Assembly (NCBI GenBank): GCA_026770705.1
Contig: JANJGN010000019.1
Location: forward strand, 79,732,001 to 79,796,000
Direction: 5' to 3'
Origin: Isurus oxyrinchus
Taxonomy: Eukaryota
DNA length: 64,000 nt
A program made the position numbers and the translations under genes. The notes under the pieces are model-generated. The model did no database searches and was not told where the DNA came from. It saw nothing but the letters and a program-made list of their open reading frames with translations. This document shows positions 49,971 through 63,046 of the stretch, one piece after another. Position 1 is the first letter of the stretch. Each line of letters opens with the position of its first letter.

Positions 49971-51197
49971 CCAGCAGTGGAGCAAAGAGGAGTGTGGATA
50001 ATAAGGGTCTGCAGCGGTCCCATATCAGCAGAGCGGAATTGCTGCATGTGTTAGGGTTTCCCCCCTTCAGTTTTACCCTGTGAAATTCCAAATGAAATGG
50101 GATTGAAAATATAAATACTAAATTAAATTTGGCCAGGTTGCAAATAGGAAGTCGAAACGAATTCTTACAGTGTAGTCATTTTGAAAATGTAACTAAGTTT
50201 TGTCTTTGTGTTGACAACCAAAACCAGACATCTCTTGGTCCAGCCAAATAAGAGAATGTAACATTAACCAAACAGTGTCCTGGTAAAAAGGACGGAATTC
50301 AGCTACTTAATTAAGAACTTGGGGTACGTTAGAGATAATCCATGGCATTAATCAAGCCAAGGGAATTAACACTGGGTTTGTTACACAATATGTGAAATAT
50401 AATTTTTAATGAATTTTATTCATAAGTGTACAGTCTTCACATTCAGCTGCAGTCTTAAAGAGTTGGTTAGCCTGAGAGTTTGGTGCCTGCTAGTTCAGTG
50501 TCTGTGTGTTCAATTGATTGGATTTTGACTCCTATATTTGGGGAGAGATGCTTTTGTTAAAAGTGCTTTGTTAATGTACATGGGAAAAGGAAATAAAAAG
50601 AAGCAGCCTGGATCTTCGATGTAAATGGCTAAACAAATCACACCAGGATTGGGAGAAGAGTAATGGCGGTGGGGACGGGGGTTATACTGTGTGGTGGATC
50701 AAGGATGGGAGGGGAGAGAAGTAGGTGACTCACGGGCGGGGGGGTAGCGGGGCGTGAAACTCGGTGGCGGGTCAAGGAGATGACATTCTGGTGGGCCAGG
50801 AGGGGGTAACCGTCAGTGGGGGCACGAGTGAGGTGGGTCAACAATCAGGAAAGCTTTACATTGATCCATCGTAGTTTTTATGTGTGAAGAATGAAATGTC
50901 ATTGGTATGACTGTGCTGACTTGTGAATATTGATTGTTCTGAACCATGTCCTATTGCTTCAGTTGTTTTATGTGAACTGAAATCATTCCATGGACGACTG
51001 CCTTATTTTCCCTACTCTCTCTGTGCACATTAACAGATGTTGCAGTTTTTTTTTTGTTTTTAAGATAAATATGTATGAATAAATTTTTAATAAGTGGCTA
51101 TTTTATTTTTGTACAACTTTTTTATGCCATCTCTTGCATCATGTAAACACCTCCCTTCAAACTGAAACATTCTGCTTTTTCTGCTGGTTACAGAGCA

Positions 51198-51203
51198 AAT
51201 AAA
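51198..51203 (+). promoter_or_regulatory. Candidate polyadenylation signal of SLC39A9 (alternatives at 50592 and 51078)
   Basis: AATAAA at the end of a U-rich, largely repeat-free 1.2 kb stretch after the stop codon, just before repeats resume. Confidence 0.5.
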
Positions 51204-54200
51204 ATTGTACATGTGTCATTTATCAATGGATGGGGTTTATATCACTGATTTCTGTTAGAATCTTACAGCGCAGAAGGAGGCCATTTGGCCCATCATGCCA
51301 GTACTAGCTCTTTCAAAAGCAATCTGATTAATCCCACACCCCTGCTTTTTCCTTATAACCCAGCAATTTTCTTCTCTTCATGTATGTATCCTACTCCCTT
51401 TTGAAAGTTACTATTGGATCTGTTTCCATCACTCTTTTGGATAGTGCAATCCAAATCATAACTCGCTGTTACAAATTCTCATCTTCTCGCTTTTTTTTGG
51501 TCAATTACCTTAAATTGTGCCCTCTTGGTTTTGACCCTCCTGCCAATGGAAACTGTTTCTCCTTACCACTCTATCAAGACTTCGTTATTTTGACTGTATC
51601 CATTTTCTGTTTTTTTTTTAAATTTTATATACCAGTGGTCGTCATCTACCTCCATATACCTAGGGAGTTAGCCTGGTTATCTAGGTCATTTACAGGAAAG
51701 AAGACAATGAGCAATGTCTCTTCACAAGATTTTAATAATGGGACCTCACTCATTTGTGCAATTAAATTTATTTACAGGGTAGATTTTCCTGTTTATTTAC
51801 CCTCCACCTCTGAATACTCTGTTCATACTTTACAAAATCCAGTCACAAGAGCTGGCTTCATCTGCAGCTCTCCCTTTAATAGTAGCAGAGTGTCCCTAGG
51901 TGCCTTCTGTTCAACTAGGACCCAACTTCCTTATATAAATGTGCACACATCAACCAATACACCTGCAACCATTAATGATGCTGTTCAAAAAACTGAAAAC
52001 TCAAATGACCCTGGAGTGCAGAAACAAGCATTTACACACAGGTTTTAACTTGAAGCAAGAGGCATGCATGACATTCCGTCATTTGTTTTGGGAGAGGACA
52101 CAAAACACAAGTACCTGCAGAAGTAATCTAAATTTTTCATTTTCAGGGATGCAGAATGTTGGGTTATGTTGCCTTGTGTTTTTAAACTAAAAATTATGTA
52201 TTCTGGTTAATCAGTTTGTTCAAATATAAGAAATAAGGCTTCAAAACAAAATGTTGAAAATATCAGCAGGTCAGGTAGTATCTGGAGAGAAATAGAGCTA
52301 AAGGTTCAGGTTGATGACCCACAATCTCATTTCCATATTCAATTTCCATCCAACTCCCCATCCTTTCTCTCTCACACACAAGCACAACCCCATCCAACTC
52401 CACAGTTTCTCTCACTGTACCCCATGGAACTCCCCAACCTTTCACTATGTGAAAAGTTCAATATAAATGCTAATTGTTGTTAACACAAGTCTGTCAGATC
52501 CCAAAAATGTTAGTTGTCAGTGTGAAATACTAACAATTGGCATGCATAGGCTGTCGGGATCAACCTCCAACAATGAGAAGGCACTTTCCCAAATCTCTTC
52601 CATGGGTGCACTTACTACTGAATAAGTATCATCAATCCTGATGTTGAATCATTATCTTATGACCTCACTTGAATGCAGTCTACTTTGTCGCTTTGTCTTC
52701 CAGCCTATTTGAAATTATGCAAACAAATGCAACCTTTGGACTAGCTTGGTGAATGCTACTGTACTGGATTTTGTTTGAGTGCACAGACTTATGAAGACTG
52801 CAGCAGATAGTTGATTTTTTTTTTACAGTATTCATTTTTTTCTCTCTGATTTCCTTGGTTAAATGCACCAACACATATAGTGGGATCTGCATTAGCTGAT
52901 CCAACGCTTCCTGTCAAAGCAGGTAACTCTGGTGAAACCTAATCTCTATATCAGGGCAGAAATCAGCCAGGATCCTTGCTCCTTAATGCTGTTTAGTGAG
53001 CCCTGGTCAAAAGTGAAACTCTTCAACGATTACTTGCATTTCATGTAGGAAAACATCTGAAAAGTGCTCCACAGAATCCTAATCAAAATAAAAATGGATA
53101 TTGAGTCAAAGATGATGACAATAGAAAGCTTGGGGTTTTTAAGGAGGGCCTTGAAGGAAGAGAGGTAAAGTGCTTTTTAGGAGGGTGTTCTACACTGTTG
53201 AGTCTAGGTAGCTGCTCAATAATGGGGCAAAGGGAGGGGGGTGGGGTGAAGGTTGGAATCAGCAATTAGCTATGGAAGTGGAATGGATGGAGGGCTGGAG
53301 GAAATGATGGAGAAGGGCAGCCAAAGACCAACGGATTTATCAAGAGGGTGAAAGTGTTAAAATTTGAGGCTTTGGGGGCCTGGGAACTATATAGATTTGT
53401 CAAGAGTGGGACTTGACGAGGTTAGGATATGGGCTGCAGGGTTTAGAATAAACGTGAAATTTACAGAAAGCGACGGGTGGGATATTGGGTATAGTGGATA
53501 GGTTTGATCTGGATTTCAAGGCCTTAGTTAAGTTGGCACTACTTGCTGTCTCAAACCTGAGAGGTATTGGCACTTGTGCAGATTCAGAGTCTGGTATGGT
53601 TCCACATGCAGGAGAGACAGAGAAATGATGGAGAATTATCTCCACAATGGCCTGGTTGTATCCAGAATGCACAGTAAATAAATTATTCAATAGTTCCAAA
53701 GCAAAATTGTAGGAGGATTTGTATTCATCAATCAACATTACTAAAACTGATTAGCTGGTCATTATCACATTTCTGTTTGTGCAAGCTTGCAGTGCACAAA
53801 TTGACTGCTACATATCTTATAACACTACAAAAGTACTACATTGGCTGTGAAGTGCTTTGGGACATCCTGAAGTTGTGATAGGTGCTATAAAAATGTAAGT
53901 TGTTTATTTTACACTTCTGAGTGAGCACACTATTGGTGAGCCGAGGTTGCAGTGGGATGTTCCTCAGATAATTTTTAGCGCACAATTTAAAGCAAACTTT
54001 TTCAAACCTTTTCAATCATCAACCACTTTGGTGGGGCAAAAGATCCTGCAGACCAATGGTCCAACCCCACCCACTTATACTTGCCACCACAAAAAGACTC
54101 GTAAGAATTTGTGCGAAGAATGAAGCTGCCTTTCATCAGATGATGGTATTTCATGAGATACCAATGAGATGATGTCTGGTTCCAAACTGGAGAGGTTTAG

Positions 54201-55109
54201 TCTCGTCCAGCTCCACATTTAGTCAGTTCCTCCTCTTTGTTTCAGCCCCACAAGCTTTGGAAATCCAACCTGAGTTTGATCTCAATCTCAAGGGTTTTAG
54301 GGAGCAGACAGGGAAGTGGAATGAAGACCACAAGCTGATTAATGACAATCTTACTGACTGGCAGAGCAGGCCCGAGGAGCCAAATGGCTTACTCTTGGTC
54401 CTATTTCTTATGTTCGCACATTGTAACAGTAATATAATCTTGCATATAAAGCTACATTATTGTTTGCGCTTACAATGCCTGGTGCTGTGCATGCAGGAGC
54501 CAGCCTGGTTGTGTGACAGCGCTCAAGCGGTGGAGATGAGGATTCTGGCCTGTTCTTTCATTTGGCCTCTGGCTGTCGCGTTGTGCATTAATGACTTGCA
54601 TTTGGGCCTACCTGGAGGACATTCAAGACCACCAGTGGCTTGCGGACCGCACTTTGACTGGTTTGAACTGCTCATTCTAGCCCAGATAGTGAAAACTGTC
54701 TCCAGGTTATTGTTGTGTCTTTGGAACATGGTCTATTCAGGATAAGGTTCAAACAGGATAGAGTAGCATGCGACAGCATCTTCGGTTTATACTTTTTTTG
54801 TTGCCATAGGGATGGCTGATGTGGGACACGGTCGTCCAATATAAATTGCTGATTAGCCACAAGTGTTGACCCAGTTTTAGCCGCCCACACAAAACCTAGT
54901 AGAAACTGGCACACAATCCGAATACATGCACATTACATGTGTTTATTTACTTAGCAAACATCTCCCATCATTCAGTGACCAAGTAAAGCAGCTTCATTAA
55001 TCAAAAAATACTCTCACTCTGCTTTTGATCTTACCATTTTATCAATAAATTCACAAAGGTTAAAGCTCAGTACTATACTCCTAAGTACCTCTGTAATATT
55101 GCCCAGCTT

Positions 55110-55705
55110 TGCCTCCGCCTTGGCTCATCTGCTGTTGAAACTGTCATCCATGCCTTCATTACCTCTGGACTTTGATTATTCCAACTCACTCCTGACCTGT
55201 CTCCCACATTCTACCTTCCAAAACCCTGCTGCCCATGTTTTGTCCCAGTCCCATATCACCCTTTTGCTTGCTGGCCTACATTGGTTCTCAGTCAAGCAAT
55301 GCCATGATTTTAAAATTCTCATCCTTGTTTTCAAATCTATCCATGGCCTCACCCCTCCCTATCTCTAGAATTTTCTCAGCCCCAAGCCCTTTGAGATATC
55401 TGCACTCCTCTAATTCTGGCTTCTTGTGCGTCCCCAATTTGAATCGCTCTGCTGCTGTTGGTTGCCAGGCCTTCAGCTGCCTGGGCCCTAAACACTGGAA
55501 TATCCTCCCTACAACTCTCCTTGCCTCTACTATGCTTTCCTCCTTTAAGATGTCTCTTAAAACCTACTTTGACCAAGATTTTGTTCACCTGGCCTGATAT
55601 ATCCATATGTGACTTAATGTCAAATGTTTCTTTATTATACACTTGTGAAGTGGCTCAGGGCATTTTACTACATTAAAGATGCTATAAAAATACAAGTTGT
55701 TATTG
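55110..55705 (+). mobile_element. L2 LINE 3' fragment
   Basis: DYSNSLL..LP, QNPAAHVL, HITLLLAGLHW, FKILILVFKSIHGL.PPYL; L2 tail. Confidence 0.85.
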
Positions 55706-56034
55706 TTGCAGTTGAATTAGAGCACAGCAATGTTTGGTATGCTTAACCTGCGTTTCAGATCTGGGATTGCACACCACTCCCAGTGAAAGATAAAACCAGT
55801 CCATAAATCCTTAGCAGTGATGCTCTTCACCTTCCCAGTCCAAATTCTACAGTACACTAACACAGGGGAGGGTCTTGTGGCACACTGGGTAGCGTCCCTA
55901 CCTCTTGAGCCAGAAGATCTGGGTTCAAGTCTCATCCCAGGACTTGGTGGCCAAGGAAGGTGCATTCATAACCTGGCCAAACCTGTATCAACCTGTAAAT
56001 CCTTCCAACACATGCCAATGGCAGGTGGTTTCCT

Positions 56035-56416
56035 AAACAAAAACAGAATTACCTGGAAAAACTCAGCAGGTCTGGCAGTATCGGTGGAGAAGAAAAGAGT
56101 TGACGTTTCGAGTCCTCATGACCCTTCAACAGAACTGAGTGAATCTTAGGAAAGGAGTGAAATATAAGGTGGGGGGGGGGTGGTGTGGTTGTAGGGACAA
56201 GCAAGCAGTGATAGGAGCAGATAATCAAAAGATGTCACAGACAAAAGAACAGGTGTTGAAGGTAGTGAAATTATCCAAACGAATGTGCTAATTAAGAATG
56301 GATGATAGGGCACTCAAGATACAGCTCTAGTGGGGGTGGGGTGGAAAGATGTAAAAATAATGGAAATAGGTGGGAAAAGAAAAATCTATATAAATTATTG
56401 GAAAAAACAAAAGGAA
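56035..56416 (-). mobile_element. Solo Neptune pseudo-LTR / 3' UTR inserted into a tRNA-derived SINE
   Basis: Homologous to 21920-22380; 8-bp TSD GGTTTCCT at 56027-56034 and 56417-56424; hammerhead CUGUUGA at 56098-56136; SINE head at ~55865-55945. Confidence 0.88.
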
Positions 56417-57214
56417 GGTTTCCTGGTCATCTATATGATGGAAAGAAAATTGGAGCCTCTACCACCACTATCCATAGCTCTGGACTAAAATATGCATATA
56501 AAAGTGCATGTTGCCACAGCCACCCGGATTTCTTGGCTGGGGGTGTGGTGGGGCAGTTGGCTCAGTTGGCTGGACGCCCAGCGTGGATCAGATTGGTGCC
56601 AATAGCACAGGGTTTGATCTCTGTTCCGGTTGGGGTGGATTTGGGACCTGCCTCCTTATTCCGCTGTGGGCCCAATCTTTTTTCAGGCCAAGAACTAAAG
56701 AAGCAGCAGTACAGGATTCAGTTCCAAGCCAGTGAATTAAATTGTGTGAACCAGATCTTCCGTTGCGTCACAACAGCTCCAAGGAGTAAGATATAAATGT
56801 TGGAATGTTACAGAGTAACAGATCAGACTGTACTTTGAGGCTGTAATGCATCTTGGGCTAAGAAATGGTTGGAACTTGCCTTTTCTGTTGCTGTTTTGGT
56901 GCAATGTCCTCAATCCATGAATATCTAGAAATGTAGCACACTTACAATTTGCGTGTTATATATGTCATTCCTTTTTGGCTTTTGTATTCATTTTTGAAAA
57001 ATAATTGTGAGGCAATTTTACACCATTTGCACAGCAGCAATGTGGTAACTGTTGTTGAAATGGATTAAGTAGAGCCTCATGCCACGGCTTGCAGATCTGA
57101 GGCTATTAATTAATTAAAGATTTAAATACCAGTTCTAAGCAAGTCAAGTGTTGAGCACATAAAGCATCATAAGAGCAAGGATTTATCCAACATTTATCCT
57201 TCGAACATTCACCC

Positions 57215-57980
57215 TACTCAGGTGCCAGGCAATGACCATTTCCAACAATAGAGATTCTAACCATCTTCTCCTGTCTTTCAATAGCATTACCATTGTTAAA
57301 ACCACCACCACCAACATCCTAGGGGTTACCATTGATCAGAAACTGAACTGGACCAGCCATATATACAGTACATAACAGTGGTTACAAAAGCAGGTCAGAG
57401 ACTGGGAATTCTGAGGTGAGTAATACACCTGACTCCCCAAAGCCTGTCCAGCATCTACAATCAACAAGTCAGGAGTGTGATGGAATACTCTCCACTTGCC
57501 TGGATGACTGCGGCTCCAAAACACTCAAGAAGCTCGACACCATCCCGCACAACCACTTGATTGGTACCCCAACCACCAACATGAATATTCACTCCCTCCA
57601 TCACCGTCGCAAAGTGGCAGCAGTGTGTAATATATACAAGGTGCACTGCAGCAACTCACCCATGGCTCCTTCAACTGCACCTTCCAAACCCATGACTTTC
57701 ACCACCTAGAACGACAAAGCAGCAGGCACATGGGAACACCCACCATCTTCAAGTTCCCTTTCAAGCCACATAGCATCCTGACTTGGAACCATATTACTGT
57801 CCCTTCACATTCACCAGGTCAAAATCCTGGAACTCCTTAACAGCACTTTGGGTGTATCTGTGGTACACCTGCAGCGGTTCAAGCAGGAAGATCACCACCT
57901 CCTTCTCAAGGGCAATTAGGGATGGATGGTAAATTCCAGCCTTGTCAACGATGCCCACATTCTGTGAAAGAATGAAAAAA
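57215..57980 (+). mobile_element. CR1-group LINE 3' fragment
   Basis: QVRSVMEYSPLAWM..KTLKKLDTI remnants and the shared tail CTTCTCAAGGGCAATTAGGGATGG. Confidence 0.8.
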
Positions 57981-58919
57981 ACAACATTGCTAAAACAGGA
58001 CTATCAAATTGTTAAAAACCCATCCTGTTCACTATTATACTTTGGGAAAGGAAACCTGCTGTTTTTACCAGGCCTGGCCTGTAAGTGACCCCAGTCACAC
58101 ACCAGTGTGACTGCTTTTTAACTGCCATCTGAAGTGGCCCAGCAAGGCTTTTAGTCACAAACAAAAACAAACATACCTGGAAAAACTCAGCAGGTCTGAC
58201 AGCATCTGCGGAGAGGAATACAGTTGACGTTTCGTGTCATATCAAATTGCCTGCAGCGATTCAAGAAAAAACACCACCGCCTTCTCAGGGCTCCCAATAC
58301 CTTGCTAACACCACCAACATCCCAAGTGTTCTAGCAGTATTGGAGGTTGCGTTCTCCTCTGCTTAATGCTTTGGGATGTTCATTCGTTCATCAAATTGCT
58401 TTGCTGTCTGGAAGTTTTGCATTCTATTGCTGCTCTTGCCCAGCAGGTGGTGTACTAGTTTGCCAGTCTCCCTCATTGGGGCCTGCCCGGCATGTTCCCC
58501 ACACAAGGCTCTGCTGGCTGGGCCCAAAAACATCAACAAAAGCTAGTGGAGACATCCATTAGTTAACATCCCCTTTCCACTTGAGAGGCACAAGGCTTTA
58601 GGCAATCACTGCATGAAGGCTTCAACTCATGCAAGCTCTTCAGGGTTCTGATCTCACCAATAAAGTCACCAACTTAAAAGGTTTGCGTGTTTATTTCCTA
58701 TCAGATAATTGTTTTAAACATCAAAAGGAATAGAATATCTGCACTGCAGCTCTTAGTCATTCAAAATATGTATTTTTTTCAACAAAGGCACTTTCTTCGT
58801 CCCCCAATCTCCCTCTCTCCTCTCCCCGTCTCTCTCCGCTCCCTCTCTACCCACCCCCCCCGCCCCCCACCCCCTTCCTCTTTCCATCCTCCCTCTCTAT
58901 ACAAAACTTTGAAGGAGAC

Positions 58920-59630
58920 TCAATAAAATAAATTATAACAATTTTAAAGGGGGTTCAGGAACAAAGCAACTGGGGGGAGGTGGCAGTGGGGGGTGGAGGG
59001 GAGGTGTATATACATAAGTCTTTGATAGTGCAGTTGAGAAGGTGTTTTAAAAAAGAGGCAGAATCCTTAATAATAGAATACAAAGAAAAGGAAGTTAAGC
59101 TAAATGGTTATAAATCAGTGACTAGGCCTCAGCTGGAGCATTGTGTCCAGTTCTGGGCACCACAAGAGGGTGGAGAGGAGATTTAGTAGAATGATGCCAG
59201 AAATGGGGGTCTTCAGTTATGTCGAGAAACTGTAGAAGCTGGCACTGTTCTCCTTAAAGCAAGGAAGATTAAGGGGAGATTTAATGGATGTTCTCAAAAT
59301 TATGAGGCGTTTTAATAGAACAGATAGGGAGAAACCGTTTCCATTAGTGGGGGAGGGTCAATAACCAGAGGACACAGATTTAAGATAGCGTAATTGGCAA
59401 AAGAAACAGAAGAGAGATAGGGATTTTTTTTAATGTACTGAGTTGTTGTATTTGGAATGCAAGCCTGAAAGAGTGGGTGGCAGCAGGTCGAATTGTAACA
59501 AAGGGCACTGAATTATTACTTGAAAATAAAACTTAACAGGACAGCAAAAATGGGACTAATTGGCTAGTTCTATCAAAAAGTGTCTCAGACACAATGGGAT
59601 GGGATGTGCTATAAGATTTTATGATTCTAT
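58920..59630 (+). mobile_element. Decayed CR1 3' fragment
   Basis: YKSVTRPQLEHCVQFWAP, LRGDL, TRGHRFK. Confidence 0.8.
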
Positions 59631-60016
59631 ATTCACATGTATATAGACATATTCATGATTTAATACAGTTGCAATATTTATATCACTGTTAAAATGATCC
59701 AGGAGCTGTTCCTTAACCGTTACATGGGGTTTAGGGACAGGGGGAAGCCAGTCCGCCACTCAGTTAGGACCTGTATCTCAATTTCATTAATCTGCCTTTG
59801 CTCTATGTCAATTGATATCCTTATACAATAAAAATCTATCAATCCCAGTCTTGAAAGCTCTAATTGACCCCCAGCATCCACAGCCTTTTAGGGAATAGAG
59901 TTCCAGATTTCCACCACCCTTTGTTTGAAGAAGTGCTTCCAGACATCACTCTTGAACAGCCGAGCTCTGATTTTAAGATTATGCTTGTTCTGGATTCCCC
60001 TGCCAGAGAAAATAAT

Positions 60017-60695
60017 TTCTTTGTGGAACGTGCCTTTGCAAAGAAGGTCTGTAGAGAGATGCAGTGGTTTTTATCGAGGTTCATCACAAGGAGTTCTGTG
60101 ACAGGACTCTGTGCTCTACGGGCTGTTCCCAAGGACACACACCGAGACAAACATCAACTGCAGCTGGAGGATCATCAACTTGTTGAAAAACGCTCTTTGG
60201 TCTGCCTGAAACTTGTTGGTCTTCCAGCGCAAAGAGTTGTCCCCAACCGAGTGTTGCAGACTGGCACATTCCAAGGTCCAGGGCTACGTGCTGAGGGACG
60301 CACTAAAGCTTGGGGCAGCCGCAGCAACGGTGTAATGGGAAAAGGTCGCTGTCTAAGACCTTTCAGCCACAGTGCACCGAGGGGCTGGGAATTGTTTAGA
60401 CCACTTGGGCTGTATGACTCACATTGAATGTATACAGTGAATACTACATGTATCACAATTGTATTGAAGCACTTCAGAGTGCAACATGATCTATGTGGAT
60501 GACTTAAATACAATTGCACTGTCTGACCGTCTGTAATAACCATGTTGAAATGACTGTAATGTTCGTTGATTGTATTGAAGCACCTCATGACTTCATGAAA
60601 GTTGAATATGATTGCACTTTTTGTGTTGGCCATTTTGAAATGTTTTGTAATGTTCTTTCAGCTATTTTATAAATAAAGTATATTTTTCCAAAAAA
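60017..60695 (+). mobile_element. Tx1/L1-clade LINE 3' end inserted into a CR1 fragment
   Basis: Manual translation DSVLYGLFP..INCSWRIINLLKNALWSA*NLLVFQ (WxxRN-type C-terminal motif); 3' UTR ends AATAAA...A7; CR1 resumes afterwards. Confidence 0.7.
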
Positions 60696-61119
60696 ATCTC
60701 TGTATCTGCCCTGGTGAATCCCTTTAACCCTGCAAACACTTCAATTAGACCACTCGCAACCTGTAGATTCCCCACAGAATACAAATCAAGACTTTGCAAT
60801 CTCTTCTTACAATTTTACACTTTAAGTTCCAGGCAGCAGCTGCGTGATTCTGAAACCTGAAAAATTAGGATGAATTTTTGGAAACTTTTTTTACAAATTC
60901 AATGGTTGTCATCTGGATAAATTTAAAAGTAAATTCTGAGATTAGGGTCATCCCTTAAACAAGTAAATATTTAACAAATAAAAACAGAAAATTCTAGAAA
61001 TACTCAGCAGGTCTGGCAGCATCTGTTGAAACAGAAACAGACTTAATGTTTCAGGTTGATGACCTTTCAGATATTCGTTTCTGTTTGTTTTGTTCAAAGT
61101 TATTTTTTTAAAGTAAAAA

Positions 61120-62780
61120 GGAGAGTGACCACAGTGTGTCCAGTGTTAGGACAGTGTAGACCCACCGTACAGAGGACAGTGACCACACTGTGTCCAGCGT
61201 TAGGACAGTGTTGACCCACAGTACAGAAAAGAGTGGCCACTGCGTGGCTAGTGTTAGGACAATACAGACCAGGAGACCAGGGATGCACTTTTTCATCTGG
61301 CCTGCGATGAGATTTCAAAATCTGCACCCCCAACCACCCCCCCCCCCCCCACCCCCCCCCCCCCCCCAACCACCAGCATGCTGCTCTCCAGGTCAGCCGC
61401 CGCCAAGTTCTGATGCCTAAGCCTCAGCCTCAGTCATCAGTGGCCCAGGCTGTGGGGAGAGAGCGAGGCCCGAGATCCAGGAGCAGGAGCGCAAGGCAAG
61501 GACGGGAAGCTTCTGGCTGCCAGTCAGGTGGTGAGAAAGAGAGACAGAGTGGGAAAGGAGAGAGAGAGAGAGACAGCCAGAGTGGGAAAGCAGAGAGAGA
61601 GACAGACAGAGTAGGAAAGGGGAGAGAGAGAGAGAGAGAGAGATACAGAGTGGGAAAGGGGAGAGAGACACACACAGAGTGGGAATGAGAGAGAGAGACA
61701 GACAGATAGAAAGAGTGAGAAAGGAGAGAGACAGAGGGAGACAGAGAGAGAGAAAAGCCAGCTGCGAGTGGCAATATTATCAGTGCCAGCAGACATAACA
61801 AGGCTCATTAAGGAAAAGCAAACTCAGCCATTGCATTAAAGCAATGGGTGATTTGAACATTTTTACATTCTCTCTGAAAATATGTAAACTAAATTGGTTT
61901 TTACATGTTTGGCCTGCGACTGATTTTGTCTATGTGTGAGTGGCTTTTGATAAGAAAATGGTTGCCTACCCCTGATATAGACCTACAGTACATAGAAGAG
62001 TGACCACTGTGTGACCAGTGTTGGGACAGTGTAGACCCACAGTACAGATGAGAGTGACCACAGTGTGTCCAGTGTTGGGACAATGTAGACCCACAATACA
62101 GAGGAGAGTGATTGCAGTGTGTCCAGTGTTGGGACAGTGTAGACCCACAGTACATAGAAGAGTGACCACAGTTATTTTTTTAAAGTAAAAAGGAGAATGA
62201 TCACAGTGTCTCCTGTGTTAGGATAGTGTCGACCCACAATAGGGGGGAGTGACCACTGTGTGTCTAGTGTTGAGACAGTGTAGACCCACAGTACATAGAA
62301 GAATGACCACAGTGTGTCCAGTGTTGGGACAGTGTTGATCTACAGTACAGAGGAGAGTGGCCACAGTTGTCCAGTGATGGGACAGTGTTGATCCACAGTA
62401 CAGAGAGTGACCACAGTGTGTCCAGTGTTGGGACAGTGTAGATCCACAATACAGAGGAGAACGACCACAGTGCATCCAGAATTGGGACAGTGTAGATCCA
62501 TAGTACAGGGAGAAAGACCACAGTGTGTCCAGTGTTGGAACAGTGTAGATCCACAGTACAGAGGAGAATGACCACAGTGCATCCAGAGTTGGGACAGTGT
62601 AGATCCATAGTACAAGGAGAATGACCACAGTGTGTCCAGTGTTGGGACAGTGTAGATCCATTGTACAGAGGAGAGTGACCACAATGTGTCCAGTGTTAGG
62701 GGACAGTGTCGATACACAGTACAGAGAAGAATGACCACACTGTCTCCAGTGTTGGGACAGTGTTGACCCACAATACAGAA
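61120..62780. repeat. 54-bp minisatellite (about 18 units) interrupted by a hAT element
   Basis: Unit GAGTGACCACAGTGTGTCCAGTGTTGGGACAGTGTAGACCCACAGTACAGAGGA. Confidence 0.92.
61270..61974. mobile_element. Non-autonomous hAT (Charlie-like) transposon with internal (GA)-rich tract
   Basis: CAGG...GGTTGCCTACCCCTG ends; 8-bp TSD ATACAGAC / ATATAGAC. Confidence 0.75.
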
Positions 62781-63046
62781 GGGAGCCTTTTAGTCAGAAA
62801 AATTAATGGAATTTCATAATGATAGCTGGGCTAAATGGGTTATATTTTGGGTAAAGTTTGCATAGACTTAGCTTGTATTCCCTGGAGTGTACAAGATAAG
62901 TGGTGATCTAATTGAGGTGTTTAAAATGAACAAAGGATTTGATATGATAGATAAAGAGAAACAACTCTTTCCCCCATAAAGCTGTTAGGAAGCGGAGGGC
63001 AGTGGTGGTGTCAATTGAACATTTCAAAACTGAGATTGATAGAATT

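Noticed and set aside
51380-52048. 222-aa ORF downstream of SLC39A9
   Set aside because: It begins in an antisense CR1 tail and runs through AT-rich sequence with no recognisable protein motif
55865-56650. tRNA-like sequences with A/B boxes (55865-55945 and 56540-56630)
   Set aside because: No clean cloverleaf; they continue into repeat bodies, so they are SINE heads rather than tRNA genes
59864-60633. Overlapping 187-aa and 152-aa ORFs as a host gene
   Set aside because: Chimeric or antisense frames across a CR1 / Tx1 junction
61120-62780. CRISPR-like array or Cys/His-rich repeat protein
   Set aside because: Contiguous degenerate tandem units without unique spacers in eukaryotic DNA; frames are broken by indels and no splice or start context supports coding
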